Source: a virus
Length of the DNA stretch: 64,000 bases
Direction: 5' to 3' (one strand)
IMG/VR virus record: IMGVR_UViG_3300036846_000555
Coordinates: 1-64,000 of that record
The translations under genes were made by a program, and so were the position numbers. The first letter of the stretch is position 1, and the number at the start of each line of letters is the position of its first letter. Shown one piece after another: positions 8,034-16,439 of the stretch. The notes under the pieces were generated by a model. That model saw nothing but the letters and a program-made list of their open reading frames with translations. It was not told the origin of the DNA and made no database searches.

Positions 8034-8545
8034 CCGCCGCCGTCGCGCTGATCAACCCGAAGTTTCCGCGCAACGTCGGCAACGCGTTGCGCGCCTGTTC
8101 GAACTTCGGAGCGCGCTACTGCGCGTGGACGCCGGACCGCGTCGAGGCGCCGGAGGACTGGCCGTCCGGCGAGCGTCTGCCGCGCGAGGAGCGCATGCGC
8201 CTGTACGAGGACGTCACCGTGATCACGCACAGCCGGACGATCATCGTCACCCGGTTCGCGGCGATGGGGTTCACGCCGGTCGCGATCGAGGTCCGCGACA
8301 GCGCCGAGCGCCTCCCCGAGTTCGTCCACCCCGACCGGGCGATCTACGTGTTCGGCCCCGAGGACGGGTCGCTGGACCGCGGGATCCTGTCGGCGTGCCA
8401 TCGGTTTGTGGTGATACCCGCGAGCAACTGCCTGAATCTCGCCGCGGCGGTCAACGTCGTGCTCTACGACCGCGCCGCCAAGGACGCGCGCCGCGCGGCA
8501 CGGATGCCGCGAGCGACGACCGCCTACATGCGGGTTGAGGGTTGA
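8030..8545 (+). CDS. SpoU/TrmH-family (SPOUT) RNA 2'-O-methyltransferase
   Basis: SPOUT motifs: LINPKFPRNVGNALRACSNFG (motif 1), YVFGPEDGSL (motif 2) and VVIP...CLNLAAAVNVVLYDR (motif 3). Confidence 0.93.
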   Translation: MTAAVALINPKFPRNVGNALRACSNFGARYCAWTPDRVEAPEDWPSGERLPREERMRLYEDVTVITHSRTIIVTRFAAMGFTPVAIEVRDSAERLPEFVHPDRAIYVFGPEDGSLDRGILSACHRFVVIPASNCLNLAAAVNVVLYDRAAKDARRAARMPRATTAYMRVEG

Positions 8546-8727
8546 GTCTCGACCCGGGCGCCGTCGTCGGGCCCGGGTCGCTGCCGTGCGAGCAGAGCTG
8601 CGACGTTCCGCCGGGCGTGACGATGGTCGAGGTGCCGGTGCCGCGCCACGCGTGGACGGACGTGCTGGTGTGCCCTAACTGCGGCCGGGCGTGGCTGATC
8701 ACGCCGGTCGCGACGGCCGCCTCTTAG
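8542..8727 (+). CDS. Zinc-ribbon microprotein
   Basis: LPCEQSC...LVCPNCGRAW. Confidence 0.55.
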   Translation: MSLDPGAVVGPGSLPCEQSCDVPPGVTMVEVPVPRHAWTDVLVCPNCGRAWLITPVATAAS

Positions 8728-8740
8728 CCACTTCTTCAGA

Positions 8741-8764
8741 GAAGCGCACGACGCGTGCTAGAGT
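8741..8764 (+). promoter_or_regulatory. Promoter/operator element
   Basis: GAAGCGCAC-GAC-GCGTGC-TAGAGT. Confidence 0.7.
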
Positions 8765-8857
8765 TAGCGCAAGACCGGAGCTAAAGAGTTTCGGGGCTCC
8801 TGCCGATAACACGGGGCACAGGGGCAACCAATCAACCACAGACAGGGGTACCACTTC

Positions 8858-9949
8858 ATGCTGAAGAGGTTCACTACGCGCATCGGCGTGCTCGTCACGC
8901 TGGGCGTACTCGCAGTAGGAGCAGGCAGCGCACTTGCTGCCAGCCATAGCCATTGGCTCATCACGTCCACGCACCAGGTCAAGCCGTCGGTGCTCAAGCA
9001 CCTGCACGGCAAGAAGGGCAAGCACGGCAAGCAGGGCGTTCACGGTGCTACCGGTGCCACCGGAGCGACCGGCGCCACCGGCGCTCAGGGATCGCAAGGC
9101 CTCACGGGTGACACCGGGGCAACTGGCGCGAAGGGCGACACCGGCGCTACCGGAGCAACGGGCGCTCAGGGGTCGCAAGGTCTCAAGGGCGACACCGGCG
9201 CCGCTGGCACCAAGGGCGACAAGGGCGACACTGGAGCCAATGGCGCTGACGGCACCAATGGCACCAATGGTGCCAAGGGCGACAAGGGCGACAAAGGCGA
9301 CCAGGGCCTCACGGGTAACCGTGGATCCGACGGTAGCGATGGCTACAACGGGATCAACGGCGCTGGCCTGACCATCGTCAGCCACGACGGCAACTGCCGC
9401 ACGTTCTCCTGGACTGACGGCTCCGCGCCGGACTTCCAGGTCTGCAACGGCGACCAGGGCCCGAAGGGCGACACCGGCTCGGCCGGTGCCAACGGCAACG
9501 ACGGTGCTCCCGGTCAGCAGGGCTCGCAGGGCAACCCCGGCCACGACGGCGTGGACGGCAAGGACGGCGCCCCGGGTCAGACCGGCGCGACCGGACAGGA
9601 TGGCGCCCCCGGCCAGCAGGGCCCGAAGGGCAACGACGGGACTCCCGGCGTCGACGGGACTCCCGGCCACGACGGTGCAACCGGCCCGGCCGGTGCTCCC
9701 GGCCAGGCAGGTAAGGACGGCGCCCAGGGACCGCAGGGTCCGAAGGGCGACAAGGGCGACACGGGCGCGGCTGGTCCGACCGGACCGCAGGGTAACCCTG
9801 GCGCGAACGGCAAGGACGCAACACTCCCCGCCCCGACCGTCGTCTGCGTCGTGACCAACCCGCAGGGCAAGAACCCGCAGCTCGCCATCGGCGATGCGGC
9901 CTGCGCCGGTCAGACGCAGCTTCAGGTCTACACGGTGCCGACTGCCTAA
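8858..9949 (+). CDS. Secreted collagen-like protein (363 aa)
   Basis: Signal peptide ending ALA, then [16 protein letters not shown], then about 250 aa of Gly-X-Y interrupted by one short Cys-containing domain. Confidence 0.9.
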   Translation: MLKRFTTRIGVLVTLGVLAVGAGSALAASHSHWLITSTHQVKPSVLKHLHGKKGKHGKQGVHGATGATGATGATGAQGSQGLTGDTGATGAKGDTGATGATGAQGSQGLKGDTGAAGTKGDKGDTGANGADGTNGTNGAKGDKGDKGDQGLTGNRGSDGSDGYNGINGAGLTIVSHDGNCRTFSWTDGSAPDFQVCNGDQGPKGDTGSAGANGNDGAPGQQGSQGNPGHDGVDGKDGAPGQTGATGQDGAPGQQGPKGNDGTPGVDGTPGHDGATGPAGAPGQAGKDGAQGPQGPKGDKGDTGAAGPTGPQGNPGANGKDATLPAPTVVCVVTNPQGKNPQLAIGDAACAGQTQLQVYTVPTA

Positions 9950-10006
9950 GCCTCGGTACGGACACCAACCGGCACGGACGCCGATCTAGCACGGAAGCTG
10001 GGGCAT

Positions 10007-10037
10007 GGGGGGGTCTCTTCGGAGGCCCCCCTCTTTT
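10007..10037 (+). terminator. Intrinsic terminator
   Basis: ggggggtctc-TTCG-gaggcccccc followed by tctttt. Confidence 0.85.
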
Positions 10038-10114
10038 GTGCCGAACCTCTTTCCAATCGAAAAGAAGTGGTTCGGAGTTAGCTCACGTCCGATGCCGTCG
10101 GTAGCGTGCCCCGC

Positions 10115-10402
10115 ATGCCGCTATCGGACGAGACCATCAACGCGCTGCCGCAGAACGTCATCAACGAGATGGCGATCCTGGAAGACCGCGCGCTCCGCGC
10201 CGAGGGCCAGCTCACGCACAAGACCCGGCAGCTCGCCGCACTGACCGACGAGGTCGCCAAGCTCCGCGGCGAAGTCGGCCTGCTGCTCGACCTCGCAGCC
10301 GCGCTGCAGGAGTTCGCTCAGACCATCGCCGACAGCGCCAGCGTCGAAGCGCGCAGAGTCGAACAGGAGCTTCGCCACTTCCTGGTGGTGCAAGCCGGGT
10401 GA
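10115..10402 (+). CDS. Coiled-coil hypothetical protein
   Basis: MPLSDETINALPQNV...; heptad-rich. TAGCGT lies 7 nt upstream, possibly a leaderless start. Confidence 0.7.
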   Translation: MPLSDETINALPQNVINEMAILEDRALRAEGQLTHKTRQLAALTDEVAKLRGEVGLLLDLAAALQEFAQTIADSASVEARRVEQELRHFLVVQAG

Positions 10403-10632
10403 CCGCCACCCTGCGCCTGTTCGTCTCCGAGCGCGACGCCGCCGAGGACCGGCGTCTCGCCCGGATCGAACGGGCGCTAACGCAGCCGCGCTGCACGAGC
10501 TGCGGCCGGTTCGCGCGCGAGTTTTGGTTCGACTCCATCTGCCTGAACTGCATGCACGATCCGCGGCCCGCGATCCGGTTCAAGGTCGACCAGGCGCGCC
10601 GCTGGTACGCCGCCGTCGGCACATTGCGCTGA
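10399..10632 (+). CDS. Zinc-finger hypothetical protein
   Basis: RCTSCGR...ICLNC; GTGA coupling. Confidence 0.65.
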   Translation: MTATLRLFVSERDAAEDRRLARIERALTQPRCTSCGRFAREFWFDSICLNCMHDPRPAIRFKVDQARRWYAAVGTLR

Positions 10633-10671
10633 AGCACCAGCCGCTGCGGGGGTTACCATGGCGCCCGAGTC

Positions 10672-13485
10672 ATGGACCTCGTCACCATCGCGCGCGAGAA
10701 CGCAACGCTCCGCGAGGAGTTTCTGCGCCGTGGACTGGTCCCCGAGGACGAGCTGGACCAGATCGGCTGGGTGTCGCACTCCGACCTTGACCTGTGGCAG
10801 GAGGCGGGCGTCCTGGAGCTGGGCGTCACCGGATTGCAGGAGACGTGGGGTCACAGCGTCCCCGGCGGCATCCGCGTCGGTAGCGGGCATCACGGCGCGT
10901 GGGGGCTCGGCGCGCTCAGCGGCGACATCTTCAACCGGCGGATCCTGCGCGGCCGCGGCGGCCGGTTCGCCGGAAGCCTCGGCGGCAAGTCAGAGGTGCC
11001 CGGCAAGAGTCACAACCGGCGCATCAAGAACATCCTGCACCCGCCGCGCGTCTCGCGCGTCGAACATCCCGGCGCCAAGAAGGACGAGCCGATCGCGACA
11101 GTCAAGACCGCCCGGGGCATCGGACTGCCATCCAAGAAGCTGAACGTGTACGCCACCCCGCCCGCCGCGCGCGCAGGCGAGCCGCGCGCCACGCCGGGGC
11201 TGCCGGAGCGGATGAGCGCCGCACAGGCCCAGGCCGAGTTCGTCAGCCAGGCCGAGCCCGCCGCCGGGCATCCCGACGAGCTGCACGCGCTCGGCCGCGA
11301 ACGGCTGCGGCGCATGGCCGACGCGGAGCACAAGGCGGGCGTCAGCGCCTGGAAAGCCGGTGACACCGAGGCCGCGAACAAGCATCACCGCAAGGCGGGC
11401 GAGCACATGGCGGCGATCCAGAACCCCGACGAGACGCTCAAGGCGGGCACCGCCGAGATCTACGAGCGGCGCACCAAGCGGCTGGAGAAGCGGATCTCGC
11501 GCACCGTCAAGAAGGCCGGGAAGCAGAAGCGCACCCCGGCCGCCCGCCAGCCGCGCGGCCCGAACGACCTGAGCGCCGCCGAAGCGCAGTTCAACGACGC
11601 CGGACGCGTATCGCAGAAGACGCTGCTGGCCTACGTCGAGCAGGCCGCGAGCCAGCCGTCGACCGCGTCGATGTACCGCGACGCGAACGGCAACTACCAC
11701 CCGTCGCGCGCGGCCTTGCACGCCGACATCATCGACAAGCTGATGCGCCAGCACGGCACCACGACGGTGATGAAGGACGGCGTGCCGGTCGAGGAGGACG
11801 CCGGGCTGAGCGGCACCACGCCTGCGCTGAAGCCGCCCGCAGACGGCAAGCCGACCGTGATCTTCACCGGCGGCGGCTACGCGGCCGGGAAAGGCGGCGT
11901 CGTCAAGCAGCTCAAGCGGCAGGGTCAGTGGCCCGACGACGCGCTGCTGCTCGACCCCGACCTGATCAAGGCCGAGCTGCCGGAGTTCCAGAACGCCGCG
12001 ATGGACGACCCGGAAGCGAACCTGCGCGTCTACGCCGAGGCGTGGGACATCGCGCAGCAGGCGATGAAGATGGCGCAGGAGCGCGGCCTGAACGTCGTCG
12101 TCGACGGGATCACCGACACCAGCCCCGACGAGGTCGCTCAGCGGGTCAAGACCTTCACCGACAAGGGCTACGTCAACCCGCGGATCATCTACGTCAGCGT
12201 CCCGACCGACGAGGCGATCAAGCGCGCGAAGGGCCGCGCCGCGAAGGCCGAGACCCCGGCGGACCGGCGGATGATCCCCGAGGTCATCATGCGCGCCGTT
12301 CACCGCGACGTGTCCGCGACGCTGCCGGGCGTCATATCGCGCGCGAAGGACATGGGCGCCAGCGTCCAGGTGTACGACACCAATCAGGGCATCGACGAGA
12401 AGAGCGGCAAGTTCAACCCGCCGAAGCTGGTCGCCGAGGCGACACCGGAGGGCAACACCCACTACCCGGACCCCGAGGGCTACCAGACGATCCTGAACAA
12501 GGCGCAGGAGACGATCCCGAACGTGCCGGAGGTCGAGGCGCCTCAGCGTGGCGCGTGGCAGACCGGCGGGCAGATCACGTCGATCGACAAGGCGGCCGAG
12601 AAGGCCGTCGGCCGGGATCTGGCAGCGGCGACGCCGCACGCGCCAGAGGCGCATCGCGGCCAGCCGACCAGCGACGTCGGGGAGCTGTCCAGAATCGCGA
12701 AACAGCAGGGTCATCCCGCCTACCAGGCGCTGATGAACGGGGTCGCGGACGCGCTCGGCGCGACCGTTCACGACACCTCGGCGGGCAAGTCGTTCGGCGA
12801 CACCGGCAAGGACATCGCCGCGAACATGGGCCAGACGCACGTGATCATCGCGCCGCCCAAGGACGAAAAACGCGCGCTGGCGAAGGTCGCCGGGCTCGGC
12901 CAGGCCAACAACGTGACCGACCTGCACGACATGGTGCGCGGAACCGTGACCGTGCCGACGGCGCAGGATCTGCCGACCGCGATGGCGAAGATCCGGCGGG
13001 AGATGGAGCAGCAGGGCTGGGCGGTCGAGAACGTCAATCCGCGGCTGGTCGACGAGAGCGGCTCCAAGCGATCCGAGGCCAACGGCTACGGCGACACGCA
13101 ACTGATCCTCCGCGGGCCCAAGAGCGCGGGCGGCATGCTGGCCGAGCTGCAGCTCACCACCAATCCGATGTGGTGGGCCAAGGAGGTCGGGCCCGGCCAC
13201 GATCTCTACAAGCTGGAGCGCCAGGTCACGACTCGCGCATCGGCTGAGAAGCGCAAGCCGACCAACGAGGAGTCAAAGCTCGCGGGCGAGATCCAGAAGG
13301 CCGCCAAGCCGATGTATGACCGGGCGTGGGGCGCGTCGCTGAGCGGCGGCATCCACGGCCACCCGGACGTCGTCCTGGGCGATGGGAAGGAGCGGTCGGC
13401 GAGCGTCGCCAAGATCAAGGAGCTGGGCCGCAGAACGGCCGGGCTGATCAGCGGAACGCCAGCAGCAGCGAGGGCGGCCGCCTGA
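10672..13485 (+). CDS. 937-aa multidomain protein: head-targeting N-terminus, zeta-toxin-like P-loop kinase, RelA/SpoT-like nucleotidyltransferase
   Basis: Kinase: VIFTGGGYAAGKGG, LLDPDLIKAELPE, LNVVVDG, RMIPEVIMRAVH. Synthetase: PKDEKRALAKV, DLHDMVRGTV, GYGDTQL, AELQLTT, GHDLYK. Confidence 0.85.
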   Translation: MDLVTIARENATLREEFLRRGLVPEDELDQIGWVSHSDLDLWQEAGVLELGVTGLQETWGHSVPGGIRVGSGHHGAWGLGALSGDIFNRRILRGRGGRFAGSLGGKSEVPGKSHNRRIKNILHPPRVSRVEHPGAKKDEPIATVKTARGIGLPSKKLNVYATPPAARAGEPRATPGLPERMSAAQAQAEFVSQAEPAAGHPDELHALGRERLRRMADAEHKAGVSAWKAGDTEAANKHHRKAGEHMAAIQNPDETLKAGTAEIYERRTKRLEKRISRTVKKAGKQKRTPAARQPRGPNDLSAAEAQFNDAGRVSQKTLLAYVEQAASQPSTASMYRDANGNYHPSRAALHADIIDKLMRQHGTTTVMKDGVPVEEDAGLSGTTPALKPPADGKPTVIFTGGGYAAGKGGVVKQLKRQGQWPDDALLLDPDLIKAELPEFQNAAMDDPEANLRVYAEAWDIAQQAMKMAQERGLNVVVDGITDTSPDEVAQRVKTFTDKGYVNPRIIYVSVPTDEAIKRAKGRAAKAETPADRRMIPEVIMRAVHRDVSATLPGVISRAKDMGASVQVYDTNQGIDEKSGKFNPPKLVAEATPEGNTHYPDPEGYQTILNKAQETIPNVPEVEAPQRGAWQTGGQITSIDKAAEKAVGRDLAAATPHAPEAHRGQPTSDVGELSRIAKQQGHPAYQALMNGVADALGATVHDTSAGKSFGDTGKDIAANMGQTHVIIAPPKDEKRALAKVAGLGQANNVTDLHDMVRGTVTVPTAQDLPTAMAKIRREMEQQGWAVENVNPRLVDESGSKRSEANGYGDTQLILRGPKSAGGMLAELQLTTNPMWWAKEVGPGHDLYKLERQVTTRASAEKRKPTNEESKLAGEIQKAAKPMYDRAWGASLSGGIHGHPDVVLGDGKERSASVAKIKELGRRTAGLISGTPAAARAAA

Positions 13486-14222
13486 TGGCGCGCGACCCGT
13501 TGACACCCGCGGACCCGGGCGGCACGCAGGACACGTCCGTCGACCCGTCGCAGCTCGGCCCGAACATAGAGCCGCCGGACGGAGGATCGGGCTCCAGCCT
13601 GGACGGCGGCGACTACGACTACTGGCTGCGCGACGGCACGACGCCATACCGCACGCTCGGCCCGGCGGAGGGCGACGTGTTCTCCCAGGACGACGACGGC
13701 TGGATGATGCAGCACGCCGTCGACCGCGACAAGCTGTGGCCGTCCAGCGCGGAGCGGGTGGCGGGCATGATCGGCGGGCGCCAGCGGCTGATCGAGCCGT
13801 CGAAGGGCACCGCGCCGCTGTACCCCGGGCCTGACGAGGACTTCTCGCCGGTCGAGTCGCCCGACTACCTGGCCGAGGCCGACTCCAGCGGCGATCTGCC
13901 GCAGCCCGACGACGACGCCACCAACCTGCCGGAGCCGCCGCCGTCGATGGCGCAGCAGCCGGATGATTCTTCCGCGGGCATGACCGAGCAGCAGATCCGT
14001 GACGCGGGCCTGCGCATCGACGTGCCGTTCGAAAGTCCGCTTCCGGTGGACTTGAAGTACAAGGACACGGGGCAGCAGGCGTGGACTCCGCCTCCGGGGT
14101 TCCGTCAGGGCCTGCCTCCGATCGACGACTGGATCGCGGAACGGCTAGGCGTGCCGCGCGACTTAGGAACGGAAGGGGCCGAGAGTGGCGGTAGCGGAGA
14201 GACCGGGGAGCCCGGCGCCTGA
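13485..14222 (+). CDS. Acidic Pro/Asp-rich protein translationally coupled to the toxin-like gene
   Basis: TGATG overlap; the true start is 13485 (MARDPLTPAD), not 13326. Confidence 0.75.
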   Translation: MARDPLTPADPGGTQDTSVDPSQLGPNIEPPDGGSGSSLDGGDYDYWLRDGTTPYRTLGPAEGDVFSQDDDGWMMQHAVDRDKLWPSSAERVAGMIGGRQRLIEPSKGTAPLYPGPDEDFSPVESPDYLAEADSSGDLPQPDDDATNLPEPPPSMAQQPDDSSAGMTEQQIRDAGLRIDVPFESPLPVDLKYKDTGQQAWTPPPGFRQGLPPIDDWIAERLGVPRDLGTEGAESGGSGETGEPGA

Positions 14223-14514
14223 CTGCCCGCCGGGTCACCCGGACGAGTTCGTGGGACGGCCGGTCAACCCGGCCGAGCAGATTCGTGTTCTGCTGGTCCG
14301 CAAGAAGCGTCAGGGGATCATGGACTGGAGCCGCGTGTGGCCGTGGGCGGTCGGCCGCGTGCGCTGGCCGCATGACCGCGAGGAGCGGCACGAGTGGAAG
14401 CGGACGATCATGTGGGCGGAGGTGGCGTTCCGGTCGGCGTACGAGGGCGAGCACGTGATCGTGGACATGAGCGCGCTGATCATGTTTGAGCTGCGGATCA
14501 CCGAAGACGCGTAA
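14185..14514 (+). CDS. Trp-rich hypothetical protein
   Basis: WSRVWPWAVGRVRWPHDREERHEW; the start is uncertain. Confidence 0.6.
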   Translation: MAVAERPGSPAPDCPPGHPDEFVGRPVNPAEQIRVLLVRKKRQGIMDWSRVWPWAVGRVRWPHDREERHEWKRTIMWAEVAFRSAYEGEHVIVDMSALIMFELRITEDA

Positions 14515-14570
14515 GCACACATCGCGCGCTTAGGTGTGCTATCCTTGGTGGTGACCACCGACCGAGGAGG
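14512..14570 (+). promoter_or_regulatory. Promoter/operator element with a shifted extra half-site and extended RBS
   Basis: TAAGCACAC-ATC-GCGCGCTTA-GGTGTGC-TATCCT ... CCGACCGAGGAGG. Confidence 0.75.
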
Positions 14571-14575
14571 AAGCA

Positions 14576-14878
14576 GTGACCCATACCTACCACGACGCTC
14601 TGCCCGGCTTTGACGACCGGCAGATCCTGCACGACGGCTGCCATGAATGCGAGGACCGCGGCAAGGATCTCCGCAGTGCGCTGGCGCACATGGACAGCGT
14701 GACGTTCCGGCGCGCGTGGAAGCGCGCGTTTGACCTGTGGGCGTCTGACGGCGACCACGCCGCGGTCGGCCACGCCAGCGATACGGAGCAGAAGCTGCTG
14801 GAGGTGCTGTGGGGCATCCAGGTGCATCTGCAGCGCGAGGGCTACACGCTCGACGGCAACCTGCCGCGAATCGCATGA
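14576..14878 (+). CDS. Hypothetical protein
   Basis: GTG start after the strong RBS; HDGCHEC motif. Confidence 0.75.
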   Translation: MTHTYHDALPGFDDRQILHDGCHECEDRGKDLRSALAHMDSVTFRRAWKRAFDLWASDGDHAAVGHASDTEQKLLEVLWGIQVHLQREGYTLDGNLPRIA

Positions 14879-15156
14879 CCTTCCACGGCGACATGCTGGC
14901 GGCGCGCCAGGCCGAGCGCCAGCGACTGCTGGAGGAGCAGGCCGAGCGCCAGCGCCAGCGTGCGCCCGAGCCCGTCGAATGGCACGGCGAGGAGCTGGCC
15001 GAGGACGAGCAGCGGAGCATCGAGCGCTGGATGAAGTGGATCGCGGTCGCGATCGCGGTGGTCCTTGGGCTGACGGTCACCCCGTGGGCGTACTGGATCG
15101 GCCTGGCCGTGGCGGGGATCGCGATCCCGTCCATGGCGGCCCGCGCAGCTCGATGA
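14875..15156 (+). CDS. Membrane protein with a C-terminal TM hairpin
   Basis: ATGA coupling; WIAVAIAVVLGLTVTPWAYWIGLAVAGIAI. Confidence 0.7.
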   Translation: MTFHGDMLAARQAERQRLLEEQAERQRQRAPEPVEWHGEELAEDEQRSIERWMKWIAVAIAVVLGLTVTPWAYWIGLAVAGIAIPSMAARAAR

Positions 15157-15449
15157 ACGACGGTGACTGCTCCGTTCCTGACTGCCAGAATCCCGCTCAC
15201 GCGCGGGGCTGGTGCCGGAAGCACTACGCGCGGTGGCGCCGGTACGGCGACCCCGAGGGACGGCACGAGTACCCGCCGCCGGTTCACGGCAGGCCCAGCA
15301 CCTACAACAACCATCACTGCCGGTGCGCCGCCTGCACCAAGGCGTGGGCCGACAGCCACTACGAGTACATGCAGCGCAGCCCCGAGCAGCAGAAGAAGGC
15401 CAGGCAGCGCACGGAGCGCCGCCGCCTGCGCGAGTGGGCGTCACGTTAG
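15153..15449 (+). CDS. Double zinc-finger protein with an HNH-type N-terminal finger and no nuclease domain
   Basis: CSVPDC...ARGWCRKHYARWRRYGDP and HGRPSTYNNHHCRCAACTKA. Confidence 0.7.
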   Translation: MNDGDCSVPDCQNPAHARGWCRKHYARWRRYGDPEGRHEYPPPVHGRPSTYNNHHCRCAACTKAWADSHYEYMQRSPEQQKKARQRTERRRLREWASR

Positions 15450-15545
15450 GGCCGCGCAGCTCGGTTAGAGAAGTATGCGCGAGGAGGGCGGCCACCCAAC
15501 AGGAGGGGTTGTGCCCAGGCCAGAGCCTCCCAGAACCACCACCAC

Positions 15546-15569
15546 GGGCCCCGGTTTCGGCCGGGGCCC
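15546..15569 (+). terminator. UUCG hairpin
   Basis: gggccccggt-TTCG-gccggggccc. Confidence 0.55.
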
Positions 15570-15611
15570 GAAAGGTGTCAGGAATCATGGGGCTGGCGCG
15601 ACTCCTGATGT

Positions 15612-15914
15612 ATGGAGCAACCCACCCAACCCACCATCCTGCTGATGCTGTCCTACGAGCAGGCCACCGCGATCCGCGACGCCGTGACATGCCTCGGCCT
15701 GGCGGTCGACGGCGAGCTTGAGGCGATCGGCGAGACGTACGCCAAGTCCGACGGCCCGGACATGGGCGCCGCGAACCACTGGGCCGACGACCAGGTGCGC
15801 CTGGCGTACGAGGTCCATCACATGATCGACGAGCAGCAGCGCCCGTACATGGAGCGCTTCTCGCGCTGGTGGCGGGAGGTTCGCCACCAGTACGAGGCCC
15901 GCGCCGGGAGGTAG
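15612..15914 (+). CDS. Hypothetical protein
   Basis: 100-aa ORF with typical codon use. Confidence 0.65.
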   Translation: MEQPTQPTILLMLSYEQATAIRDAVTCLGLAVDGELEAIGETYAKSDGPDMGAANHWADDQVRLAYEVHHMIDEQQRPYMERFSRWWREVRHQYEARAGR

Positions 15915-15929
15915 GCTTGCGGCGCTCCG

Positions 15930-16013
15930 ATGCGCCGCTCCTCCTTCCTCCGGTTCGTGTACGTGTTCGGCACGTTCGCGGCGGTGCTGTACGTCTGCGC
16001 GCACTTGAGCTAG
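15930..16013 (+). CDS. Single-TM microprotein (27 aa)
   Basis: Not in the ORF track. MRRSSFLRFVYVFGTFAAVLYVCAHLS. Confidence 0.4.
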   Translation: MRRSSFLRFVYVFGTFAAVLYVCAHLS

Positions 16014-16047
16014 CGGCGACGTCCTGCGCAAGCGGTAGCGTTCAGGT

Positions 16048-16124
16048 TGCGGTATGGAGCAGCGGCAGCTCGCCGGGGCGCCCGCACGCCCCGGAGGTCG
16101 TGGGTTCAAGTCCCACTACTTGCC
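16048..16124 (+). tRNA. tRNA-like element or pseudo-tRNA with no canonical anticodon loop
   Basis: The D arm (TGGAGCAGCGGCAGCTCG), variable AGGTC and T arm (GTGGG-TTCAAGT-CCCAC) are intact. The anticodon arm has 12 nt between its 5-bp strands, and the acceptor stem is mismatched. Confidence 0.7.
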
Positions 16125-16163
16125 CGAGAGGGCCGGACAAGGTTCCGGCCCTCTCCACTTGAA

Positions 16164-16197
16164 CTAGCGCGCGATGTGTGCTAACCTTTAGGTGCGG
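16164..16197 (+). promoter_or_regulatory. Promoter/operator element
   Basis: CTAGCGCGC-GAT-GTGTGC-TAACCT-TTAGGTGCGG. Confidence 0.8.
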
Positions 16198-16439
16198 TCG
16201 GAGTGAGGCCGCCGCCCCAGGAGGTCCCTCTCCGGAGTGGAGATCGAAAGCTGAGCGCCCGATCCACCGGGCCAGGGCTGGAGATCCCGGGGAGTCCGGG
16301 CTCAGTTCCCGGATGGGGCACCCAGCAGGACAAGCTTGGATCAGTACCGGCCCTCTGGGCCCCAGATCCTCTGATCCAGCGGGGAACGGCCTCGTTAGGG
16401 CTCGGCGCCTGGCCAGCGTCCGGCCCGCCCGCTAACTGA
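16195..16439 (+). ncRNA. Candidate structured RNA, leader of tRNA-Glu
   Basis: No credible ORF. Nested helices: ctgagc/gctcag, ggccagg/cctggcc, ggatcag/ctgatcc, ggccc-tct-gggcc. Confidence 0.45.

Noticed and set aside
10990-13200. 736-aa minus-strand ORF, and similar long antisense ORFs at 28224-29942, 37877-39220, 40975-42576, 42852-44942 and 44851-46365
   Set aside because: Shadow ORFs opposite clear plus-strand genes, expected at this GC content, with no RBS or domain signal.
15153-15449. Active HNH endonuclease
   Set aside because: It has the N-terminal zinc finger seen in HNH proteins but no HNH catalytic motif.
16195-16260. Hammerhead ribozyme (GAAA and CTGAG nearby; also CTGATG near 2060 on the minus strand)
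   Set aside because: The CUGANGA core and required stem order are not met.
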